Virus record (IMG/VR): IMGVR_UViG_3300045988_085414
Length of the DNA: 40,151 nucleotides
Source: a virus
Strand: one strand, 5' to 3'
In this document: piece by piece, positions 33,347-40,151 of the stretch
How the letters are laid out: every line of letters starts with the position of its first letter
How positions within the stretch are numbered: position 1 is the stretch's first letter
Notes under the pieces: model-generated
Databases searched by the model: none
The model's input: only the letters and a program-made list of their open reading frames with translations
What the model was told of the DNA's origin: nothing
Position numbers and translations under genes: made by a program

Positions 33347-34708
33347 ATGGGATTTGACATTAACAATTTTTTAAATGCCGAAAGCAAAAAAGAGGTAAAG
33401 AGCGATTGGAAACCGGTTAAATTGAGCGTACATAAATTAAGACCGGCAGCAGGTAAAGAAAATTTCTACCACATGGACGATAAAGAGATCGAGGAAACCG
33501 CCCGCACGATTGAGTTAGTAGGCATACAGCAATACCCGGTTGTAAAACCGATACCGGGTACCGATGAATACGAGATTATAGCCGGGCATAAAAGAAGGCT
33601 TGCAATATTAAAACTAATTGCAGAGGGTAAAACAGAGTATGAAATGATCCCTTGCAAAATCGAAACGGCAGAGGATAGCATAAAAAACCGGTTGATTTTG
33701 ATTTTTACCAATTCAACGCAGCGTGAAAGAACCGATTACGAAAAGATGCAGGAAATAAAAGAGGTTCGGCAGCTTTTGGAAGAATGGCAGAAAGATAATA
33801 AAATACCGGGAAAGATGCAAAATGTAATTGCTGATTTTTTGGGAACAAACAAAACAAAAATAGGAACATTGGAACACATAGACAGCAAGTTAATAGAACC
33901 GTTTAAGGCTGAATTTGCAGCGGGAAAGATAAGTACAAACGCCGCAAACGAAATAGCAGGATTAGACGAGGCAGCGCAGCAGGTGTTATACGACACATAC
34001 AAAGAAACCGGATCATTAACCGCAAAAGAAGTTAAGACGGTAAAAGAACCGGAAAAGCCACAGGAACAGACCACAGAACAGCCAAAAGAGGCAGAAACGA
34101 AAGAAACACCGAAGGAACCGGAAAAAGCCGGAAATGAGGCGCAGGACGAGCCACAGCAGCATATTACAACCGAACCGGAAACAAAAATAACATACAATGC
34201 ACCTGCACCGGATAATACAGATCGCGCAAGCCTTATTATTAACGGCAAAATCAATATGAACAAAGAATATAACGGTATGCGGATTATGTATTTCATGGAG
34301 GCGATTTTAAGCCCCGATCTATTCGATAGCAATTTTTGGAAAGGTTGGAAAGAGAACACCGGCGCAAAATGGGAGTATATCGCAGATTACGCAGGGTTAA
34401 ATACACCGTTTGTATTCAAAGGATCGGAGCCGGAACAATGCACAGCGGTTTTAACAAACGAAGGGTTAGAGGTTGCAAGACTAAAAGCCGGGCAGCAGGC
34501 GTTATTGATTTACGACGATTTAGCGGAACTTATAGATCTTATGATCTACACGAAAGTAATTGAGATAACAGAAATTGAAAGCGACTTGAAATATTGGGCG
34601 AACCGCACAGCGAAAGAATTAGTTTCGGTTAGTAATTACTTGACGGAAAGCGAAATTTATATATTGCAGGATCTTATGATGAAATGCAAGGAAAGAGCAG
34701 GTAAATAA
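33347..34708 (+). CDS. parB: ParB-like (ParB/Srx N-terminal domain) protein with a P/E/K/T-rich linker and an unknown C-terminal domain
   Basis: GIQQYPVVKPIPGTDEYEIIAGHKRRLAILKL matches the ParB box. 453 aa. Confidence 0.8.
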   Translation: MGFDINNFLNAESKKEVKSDWKPVKLSVHKLRPAAGKENFYHMDDKEIEETARTIELVGIQQYPVVKPIPGTDEYEIIAGHKRRLAILKLIAEGKTEYEMIPCKIETAEDSIKNRLILIFTNSTQRERTDYEKMQEIKEVRQLLEEWQKDNKIPGKMQNVIADFLGTNKTKIGTLEHIDSKLIEPFKAEFAAGKISTNAANEIAGLDEAAQQVLYDTYKETGSLTAKEVKTVKEPEKPQEQTTEQPKEAETKETPKEPEKAGNEAQDEPQQHITTEPETKITYNAPAPDNTDRASLIINGKINMNKEYNGMRIMYFMEAILSPDLFDSNFWKGWKENTGAKWEYIADYAGLNTPFVFKGSEPEQCTAVLTNEGLEVARLKAGQQALLIYDDLAELIDLMIYTKVIEITEIESDLKYWANRTAKELVSVSNYLTESEIYILQDLMMKCKERAGK

Positions 34709-34709
34709 T

Positions 34710-35159
34710 ATGAGCGTTGAGAACATGGGTAACGGATATGTAAAAGTAGGCGTAAAGCAGGAAGATTTAGAGGCAAGTATAGCGGGATTAAGGCAGTTAA
34801 AACCGATTTTGCAGGCGCAAGTCACACGCGGAAACGGAAACAATACGCGGCAGGCAGCTATCGACAGAGCAGAGATCGGAAAACATTTTGATACAGCTAT
34901 AAACGCGATGTTAATTTTATATTCCGCTTTTGAGGCAAGCGAAATGACAGAGGAAGAAATAACAAAGTGGTTTGAGGCTATGGAAAGAGAGGCTAAAAAG
35001 GAAATTGACACCGGCGCAGACAAAATCGCGTTTATGTGCGGCATATCAAGAACGGCGGCGGGAATGGCGGGTAAAAACCCGAAATACGCACGATTTATTA
35101 CAGATAAGGCAAAAGAGGCAATAGAAAACATAGCAAAATACAAAGGGCAGCAGATGTAA
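34710..35159 (+). CDS. Hypothetical protein
   Basis: 149 aa ORF starting 2 nt after the parB stop. Confidence 0.5.
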   Translation: MSVENMGNGYVKVGVKQEDLEASIAGLRQLKPILQAQVTRGNGNNTRQAAIDRAEIGKHFDTAINAMLILYSAFEASEMTEEEITKWFEAMEREAKKEIDTGADKIAFMCGISRTAAGMAGKNPKYARFITDKAKEAIENIAKYKGQQM

Positions 35160-35174
35160 AAACCTGCTGCATAG

Positions 35175-35498
35175 GTGCAAAATATGAAAAATAATTTAGC
35201 CTATATATGCAGTCCATACCGCGGCAATATCTTAGAAAAAGCGCGAAATATCTTATACGCAAGGCATTTAACAAAACTTGCCTTGCAATTAGGATATACA
35301 CCAATCACAACTCATTTATATTTAACACAGGTATTAAATGACAATATACCGATGCAGCGGCGACAAGGATTAAAAGCCGGGCGAGATATTCTAAACGCCT
35401 GCGACACAATCATAATAGGCGCAAGGCATGGGATAAGCGAGGGAATGGCAGCAGAGATAAACGCAGCAGCAGGAAAACATCAAATTATAGTTATTTAG
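35175..35498 (+). CDS. Nucleoside 2-deoxyribosyltransferase-like (DUF1937/DUF4406-like) protein
   Basis: The AYICSPYRG...CDTIIIGARHGISEGMAAEI pattern is recalled from these families. Assigned by eye only. Confidence 0.4.
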   Translation: MQNMKNNLAYICSPYRGNILEKARNILYARHLTKLALQLGYTPITTHLYLTQVLNDNIPMQRRQGLKAGRDILNACDTIIIGARHGISEGMAAEINAAAGKHQIIVI

Positions 35499-35507
35499 GA
35501 GGTACAC

Positions 35508-35693
35508 ATGAGCAGATTAGACCAAATACGCCGCATGAGTGACGATGATTTAATACTATTCCTTAGAAGATATAAAAGTGAAAAATCATCATGTAACCGA
35601 TGCACAAAGAAAGACACAAGATGCAACCCATATACCGGCGCAGATTGCAAAGAGGGGATAACACAGTATTTTAAAGAGGAGGGCGAGTTATGA
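35508..35693 (+). CDS. Hypothetical small Cys-containing protein
   Basis: 61 aa ORF behind aggaggt. Confidence 0.45.
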   Translation: MSRLDQIRRMSDDDLILFLRRYKSEKSSCNRCTKKDTRCNPYTGADCKEGITQYFKEEGEL

Positions 35694-36001
35694 TCCATGC
35701 GCTAAAAATATTGCCGGAGTTTTTCAAGGCAATGGCAGCAGGTACAAAAAGTTTTGAGGTCAGAAAGAATGATCGCCCATATCATACCGGCGATTATGTA
35801 GCATTAAACGAATGGAACAGCGAACAATACACCGGAAAATGCACATTGCAAAAGATTGTTTATATATTAAACGATCCGGAATATTGCAAGGAAGGTTATG
35901 TGATTTTGGGTTTAGAGCCTTGCGCAATCGGAGAAATAAGAGAAAGCCGCCGTATGTTGCAAGGCAGATCGGAGGAGGTTCCGGTATATGACAGAAAATA
36001 A
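35690..36001 (+). CDS. ASCH/PUA-like DUF3850-type protein
   Basis: HALKILPEFFKAMAAGTKSFEVRKNDRPYHTGDYVAL follows the DUF3850 N-terminal pattern. Confidence 0.6.
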   Translation: MIHALKILPEFFKAMAAGTKSFEVRKNDRPYHTGDYVALNEWNSEQYTGKCTLQKIVYILNDPEYCKEGYVILGLEPCAIGEIRESRRMLQGRSEEVPVYDRK

Positions 36002-36455
36002 AGAAATTATAAAAGCGGGCGGCGTATTTATCACACATCGGACACGCGAGGCGATATACGCGACAGCGGCGCAACGCACCGAACCGGAATTAAAAGAATG
36101 TTTTACGATGCTACATGACAGCATGGACCGGTTCGGTAAACAAATTGCGGTAGAGGAAATAACCGGACAAGATTTTATTATATACACGCCCGAAAGAAGA
36201 ATAGGCAAAACAGAGGCGGCATTATATTTAGCCCACGAATACAATATGCCTTATTTGGTTAAGTTGGCGCAGTTAGATTTTGTTAAGCGGCAGGCAAAAG
36301 AGGCGGGATATAATATAAAATTCGTTCCTTTGAGCCGCCCACAAATCGAGGGCATGAGATTAAGAACCATTTTAAAGGACGAATGTATAAAAACCAAAGA
36401 GGCGCGGGAATACATCGGCAAATATATTAACATAATCGGAATTGAGGAAATATAG
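35988..36455 (+). CDS. Hypothetical protein
   Basis: 155 aa ORF overlapping the upstream gene end. Confidence 0.5.
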   Translation: MTENKEIIKAGGVFITHRTREAIYATAAQRTEPELKECFTMLHDSMDRFGKQIAVEEITGQDFIIYTPERRIGKTEAALYLAHEYNMPYLVKLAQLDFVKRQAKEAGYNIKFVPLSRPQIEGMRLRTILKDECIKTKEAREYIGKYINIIGIEEI

Positions 36456-36464
36456 GAGGCACAC

Positions 36465-36719
36465 ATGGCAAAAGGTATTAAATTAAACAGAGAACAATAT
36501 AAAAACGTTAAACGCATGGATCACAAGCAAATGGAAACTTTCGTAGTAAATATGTATAACGCAGGGTACGAGGACGGCAAAAAGACAGCGGGCAGCAGGG
36601 TAAAACCTTCAGATATTGCGGTAGCAATTTCAGAGATAAAGGGCATCGGAACCAAGAAAGCCGCCGAGATCATGGCGGCAGTAAACAAATTATACGAAGG
36701 AGGTACAAAACAATGTTAG
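36465..36719 (+). CDS. Hypothetical protein
   Basis: 84 aa ORF behind aggaggc. Confidence 0.5.
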   Translation: MAKGIKLNREQYKNVKRMDHKQMETFVVNMYNAGYEDGKKTAGSRVKPSDIAVAISEIKGIGTKKAAEIMAAVNKLYEGGTKQC

Positions 36720-36801
36720 CTGATATTGTGGAAAAGGCGGAACGAACAGCGGGGGGGTAACAACAAAAACAGGATCGTGTAAATTTTGCAAGCAGGCAGC
36801 G

Positions 36802-37143
36802 ATGCGAAAAGTATTATGCGAGTGGAACCAAGAGGAAATAGACGAATTGGCAACGGAAACTTGCGAATGTGTGAACGCACGCATATATACACACAAGAAA
36901 AGCCAAAAAGAAAGAGCGCATAACAAAATAGATCTTCTTTTTGGAGAAAATAACACAACGGTTATAGTTCCCGATACAGCAGTTGACCTGCTGCATAAAA
37001 CTGTTTATCCGATATGTGAAGGCTTTATTCAATCAGCAACCGTAGATATGGGAAACGGTATAAAAGGGAAAATCAGTATTACAACGAAAGGAATTGTTAA
37101 AGTAACGCGAACAAAGACCAATACAAGCACATACGAGGCATAG
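36802..37143 (+). CDS. Hypothetical protein
   Basis: 113 aa ORF. No clear RBS is visible upstream. Confidence 0.45.
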   Translation: MRKVLCEWNQEEIDELATETCECVNARIYTHKKSQKERAHNKIDLLFGENNTTVIVPDTAVDLLHKTVYPICEGFIQSATVDMGNGIKGKISITTKGIVKVTRTKTNTSTYEA

Positions 37144-37151
37144 GAGGGAAC

Positions 37152-37253
37152 ATGAAAGAGAAAACAAAGGCATTTTACAAAGCAGTCTTTAAATATTGGC
37201 TGCATGAGCGTAAAGAAAGCATAATAAGAATATTTGCAAGGAGGACGAAATGA
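37152..37253 (+). CDS. Very small basic ORF (33 aa)
   Basis: ATG 37152 behind aggaggg, translating to MKEKTKAFYKAVFKYWLHERKESIIRIFARRTK. ATGA overlap with the next gene. Confidence 0.35.
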   Translation: MKEKTKAFYKAVFKYWLHERKESIIRIFARRTK

Positions 37254-37612
37254 ACAGACGACAGAAAAAGAAACAGTTTAAAAAGCGTTTCGGTATCAAC
37301 CCACCGCGCGGCATATCTATAAAAACAGCAACCTGCACAATGCAACACCGGGAAAAAGTTATTGCAGCTTTCGAGAGAATTAAGAAAGCAATATTAGATT
37401 TATGGGAAATGATAAAGCAACCGGCGTTAGAATTAGCAACGGCACTAAAAGAGGCAACGACGGCACTTATAAGCAATAAAGAAAAACGCCGCCGACAGTA
37501 TGCGGCGTTGCAGGTATTCCAAACAAAAGTAATAACGCAGCAGAGGCAGCGGGAAAGCGAGGTAATGCAAATTGAAAGCAATATTAACATATATAACCAT
37601 GACAGACGGTAA
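37250..37612 (+). CDS. Hypothetical basic protein
   Basis: 120 aa ORF behind aaggagga. Confidence 0.5.
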   Translation: MNRRQKKKQFKKRFGINPPRGISIKTATCTMQHREKVIAAFERIKKAILDLWEMIKQPALELATALKEATTALISNKEKRRRQYAALQVFQTKVITQQRQRESEVMQIESNINIYNHDRR

Positions 37613-37850
37613 GGCAGAGGAAAAAACGAGGCTTTTCGACACGGCGAAGGCGAAAAAAATTTGCGATGTAAAAAACGCTTTCAACTATAAAGTGCAGGAA
37701 ATATACATAACTGAAAAAGGCGTTGTATTTTTCCACAACATGAATGAGGACACATTAGAGATACCAAACCAAAAAGAGGTTAAAAAGTGGATCGGCGCAA
37801 ACAAACCGGAGCAATATATAAAATTTTTTGGAAAAGTGGAGGAAGGCTAA
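37572..37850 (+). CDS. Hypothetical protein
   Basis: 92 aa ORF with a TTG start. Overlaps the upstream ORF by 41 nt, so the start is uncertain. Confidence 0.4.
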   Translation: MKAILTYITMTDGKAEEKTRLFDTAKAKKICDVKNAFNYKVQEIYITEKGVVFFHNMNEDTLEIPNQKEVKKWIGANKPEQYIKFFGKVEEG

Positions 37851-37851
37851 A

Positions 37852-38424
37852 ATGGCGGTAGCAAAAGAGATTAAGGAAACAATAGCGGTAACAATCGACG
37901 AGGTATTTAAGAAAATGAATAGTATTTCGTGGTTGGAACGTCAAAAAGCTATGAAAGACGAGGCGTTTAAGAACACCGAGAAAATTCTTTATTGTTTCAA
38001 CATTTTAAAAGAACACGTTGCAGACGAAGAAGGATATTTAGCAATGATCCAAAAATCAACATCGGGTAGTATTGTGAGGTATCAGAAAAACAAGGTTGAC
38101 AAGCCGGACGAAGATCAGCTATTAGAGGACAGAATAGCATCATATAATCGCAGCAAAAACGACGTAGAGCGCATAGAAAAGGCTTTAAAAAAGATTGAAG
38201 GCAAAAAGGGCTATGAAGTAATTGAAATGCGCTATTTGCAGCGAAAGAAAACGGTAGAGAATGGTAAACAGGTAGAGGAGGTTTATACATTCGAGGAAAT
38301 AGCGGATATTTTAGGCGGGCAGCAGGGCTATAATGAGAACTTAAACGAAAAGACCGTAAGGAATTATAAAAACGCACTTGTGCGCGATATGGCTATATTT
38401 CTTTTCGGATCCGATGCAGTATAA
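37852..38424 (+). CDS. ArpU/RinA-like late transcriptional activator (sigma-70 region-4-like HTH)
   Basis: ATG 37852 behind gtggaggaagg. YEVIEMRYLQRKK...FEEIADILG...EKTVRNYKNALVRDMAIFLFG resembles the ArpU/sigma region 4 pattern. Lies just upstream of the HNH-terminase block. Confidence 0.6.
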   Translation: MAVAKEIKETIAVTIDEVFKKMNSISWLERQKAMKDEAFKNTEKILYCFNILKEHVADEEGYLAMIQKSTSGSIVRYQKNKVDKPDEDQLLEDRIASYNRSKNDVERIEKALKKIEGKKGYEVIEMRYLQRKKTVENGKQVEEVYTFEEIADILGGQQGYNENLNEKTVRNYKNALVRDMAIFLFGSDAV

Positions 38425-38537
38425 GCGGCAGGCGGCAGCAGGCGAAATAAAGCACTTGACAACACGCCCGATTTAACGCCCTTCACAAGTCCGTTTAACT
38501 ATGTTAAGATATTTACAATTCAAAAACCAACGATTTA

Positions 38538-38580
38538 AAAGCGGCATTTTCTAAACAGAAAACAGCCGCTTTATTTTTAT
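38538..38580 (+). terminator. Rho-independent terminator between the late activator and the packaging genes
   Basis: Long bulged hairpin aaagcggc-a-ttttct-aaac-agaaaa-ca-gccgcttt followed by atttttat. Confidence 0.7.
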
Positions 38581-38598
38581 GCCCGGAGGTGCGAAAGA

Positions 38599-39051
38599 AT
38601 GGCATTGTTAAAGTATTGCAATAGAAACGGCTGCAATAAGTTAGTACCGCAGGGCGTGCGGTATTGCAAAGCGCATACCGTGAATAAGACGGCAGAGAAC
38701 CGGGAACGCCACAAGGAATATGATGCACATTGCAGAAACCAAACGGCAAAGGCTTTTTATAATAGCAGCGAATGGAAGGCAACGCGCGCTAGAGTGTTGG
38801 CGAGAGATACCGGCATAGATATATATTTATATATCACAGAAGGCAGGGTTGTACCGGCTGATACAGTGCATCATATTGTTGAGTTAATGGAGGACTATTC
38901 AAAGCGTTGTGACTTAGACAACCTTATAAGCATATCAGAGGCAACGCACAGCATGATAAGCAAGGCATACAAAGACGAGATAAAGAAGGCACAGATGCAA
39001 CAGACATTAAGGGAGTGCATAAGCGAGTATAAAAAGAGGCTTGCGGGGTAG
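38599..39051 (+). CDS. HNH endonuclease (packaging-associated)
   Basis: N-terminal Cys cluster CNRNGCNKLVPQGVRYCKAH, plus ADTVHHIVEL...LDNLISISEATH (the H-N-H motif). Adjacent to the terminase genes. Confidence 0.8.
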   Translation: MALLKYCNRNGCNKLVPQGVRYCKAHTVNKTAENRERHKEYDAHCRNQTAKAFYNSSEWKATRARVLARDTGIDIYLYITEGRVVPADTVHHIVELMEDYSKRCDLDNLISISEATHSMISKAYKDEIKKAQMQQTLRECISEYKKRLAG

Positions 39052-39155
39052 GGGGTGCGAAAAAGTTTCGAGCCGTTCCTGCCAAGACCGCAGCCCCCCT
39101 AAATTCGCGCAAAAACTCCCTAAATGAGATTTTTTGAAAAGGGGGTTGCAGGATA

Positions 39156-39659
39156 ATGGCAAGACCAAGAGAACCGGTTGACCTAATAGCGGCAAAAGGG
39201 CGAAAACACTTGACTATTGCGGAATATGTAGAGAGAAAAAACGCAGAGATCACAGCCCCCGCAGATAAGGTAAAACCACCCGATTTTTTATTAAAAAAAG
39301 AGAAGGAAAAGTTCGACGAATTAGCAAAACAGTTAGTTGATTTAAAAATTATGACTAACTTAGATTGTGACGTATTGGCACGATATATTAAAGCCGAAAG
39401 CGAGTATATCAAAGTTACAAAGCAGTTGCAGAAAATCAAATTTACGCCGGATAAAAAAAGCATGGTACCGGCAGATGTACAGATTTCGGAACAATACGCA
39501 CAATATAACTATCTTTCTAAAATACAAAATAGGCTTATGAAAGCCTGCAACGAAAACGCGAAAGAATTAGGATTAACGATTTCGAGCAGATGCAAATTAG
39601 TGATACCGAAAGAAAAAGAAGAAAAACCTGCAAATAAGTTTATGAAACACGCACAGTAA
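39156..39659 (+). CDS. terS: Terminase small subunit (P27-like)
   Basis: 167 aa directly upstream of terL. The LDCDVLARYIKAESEYIKV pattern resembles the P27 family. Confidence 0.75.
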   Translation: MARPREPVDLIAAKGRKHLTIAEYVERKNAEITAPADKVKPPDFLLKKEKEKFDELAKQLVDLKIMTNLDCDVLARYIKAESEYIKVTKQLQKIKFTPDKKSMVPADVQISEQYAQYNYLSKIQNRLMKACNENAKELGLTISSRCKLVIPKEKEEKPANKFMKHAQ

Positions 39660-39660
39660 T

Positions 39661-40151
39661 ATGAGTAGGATTTTAAAAACAAACGATCGAATATCACGAT
39701 TTGCAGAAAAAAACCTAAAAAACAAGAAAGAGTTTGGAGAAGATGCGCGGCTTGCGTTCAAACGTCATTTAAACGATCTGAAAAGATCAGAAAAGAACGA
39801 TCCGGATTTTCCATATATTTTTGATCCGGAAAAAGCAGAGGACATAATAGAACTTGCAAACAAGCTAACCATAGCAGAGGGCGAGGGCGATCAGACGTTT
39901 ACCTGCGCCGGGTTCCAAGAGTTTATTTTAGGTTCCCTTTTCGGTTGGGTTCATAAAGAAACCGGGAAACGTCGTTTTACTGATAGTTATGTGCAAGTGG
40001 CGAGGCAGCAGGGTAAAAGTGTTTTAAATGCAATATTGGGTATTAAGTGTAGTAATTTTGATAACTACAATTACGCACAAATCTATTGCACAGCGACAAA
40101 GCAAGATCAAGCAAGGATTGTATTAAATGAAATATCAAAATTCATAAATGC
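39661..40151 (+). CDS. terL: Terminase large subunit, 5' part; open to the window end and continuing at 120 via the 119-nt overlap
   Basis: ATG 39661 lies 2 nt after the terS stop. My own translation gives the Walker A-like VQVARQQGKS. There is no stop before the window end, and the frame is continuous with 4-1401. Confidence 0.9.
   Translation, partial: MSRILKTNDRISRFAEKNLKNKKEFGEDARLAFKRHLNDLKRSEKNDPDFPYIFDPEKAEDIIELANKLTIAEGEGDQTFTCAGFQEFILGSLFGWVHKETGKRRFTDSYVQVARQQGKSVLNAILGIKCSNFDNYNYAQIYCTATKQDQARIVLNEISKFIN
40033..40151. repeat. Terminal direct repeat, copy 2; identical to 1-119
   Basis: Base-by-base identity over all 119 nt. Confidence 0.95.

Noticed and set aside
33736-35143. Minus-strand ORFs 33736-34359 and 34619-35143 opposite parB and the following gene
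   Set aside because: Same reasoning: they are antisense shadows of plus-strand genes with recognisable domains, and the translated sequences are compositionally odd.
1-40151. CRISPR arrays, rRNA genes, or host chromosomal flanks
   Set aside because: No regularly spaced direct repeats with unique spacers were seen. No rRNA-like segments are present. The contig closes on itself within terL, so there is no host DNA.

Overview
The window is a complete, circularly permuted genome of a tailed dsDNA phage. Bases 1-119 are identical to 40033-40151, so the unique length is 40,032 bp, and the large terminase gene runs across the junction. Every convincing gene is on the + strand, and starts are preceded by AGGAGG-type ribosome-binding sites. 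Gene order: terL, portal, ClpP-like prohead protease, HK97-type capsid and head-tail connectors. Next is a PBSX/Xkd-type contractile tail and baseplate (sheath, tube, chaperone, tape measure, LysM, XkdQ-U-like). After the tail fibre region come a holin, a GH73 endolysin with three CW_7 repeats, an accessory/regulatory island and a plasmid-like replication/partition/methylation module. The order ends with small early genes, an ArpU-like late activator, HNH endonuclease and terS. The gene content suggests a Firmicutes/Clostridia host (inference). The main accessory system is a complete diversity-generating retroelement (DGR) at 18352-21289. It consists of a C-type-lectin-like tail fibre target with a 115-nt variable repeat (VR), an Avd gene, a 115-nt template repeat (TR) and a reverse transcriptase with the IGNLTSQ and YADD motifs. 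TR and VR differ at 14 positions, all of them TR adenines. Other points worth a second look:
- A moron with its own promoter and terminator that carries a G10 tract early in the coding sequence.
- An orphan MazF/PemK-like toxin translationally coupled inside a three-methyltransferase operon.
- An RNase HI-like protein with two catalytic acidic residues substituted.
- An HUH Rep gene preceded by two hairpins with different stems and the same TTGGCAG loop.
- ParA/ParB with no recognisable tyrosine/serine integrase or CI-type repressor, which suggests a phage-plasmid lifestyle.
- An intact IS30-type DDE transposase plus a truncated HTH-only paralogue.
- A duplicated consensus promoter with paired palindromic operators.
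- A promoter followed by two tandem terminator-like hairpins.
- A tRNA-Arg(CCG)-like cloverleaf.
- A canonical in-phase A AAA AAC slippery site at the end of the tail chaperone gene.
- A 146-codon tail gene with no ATG/GTG/TTG start.
All functional calls rest on motif recognition by eye. No database search was run.
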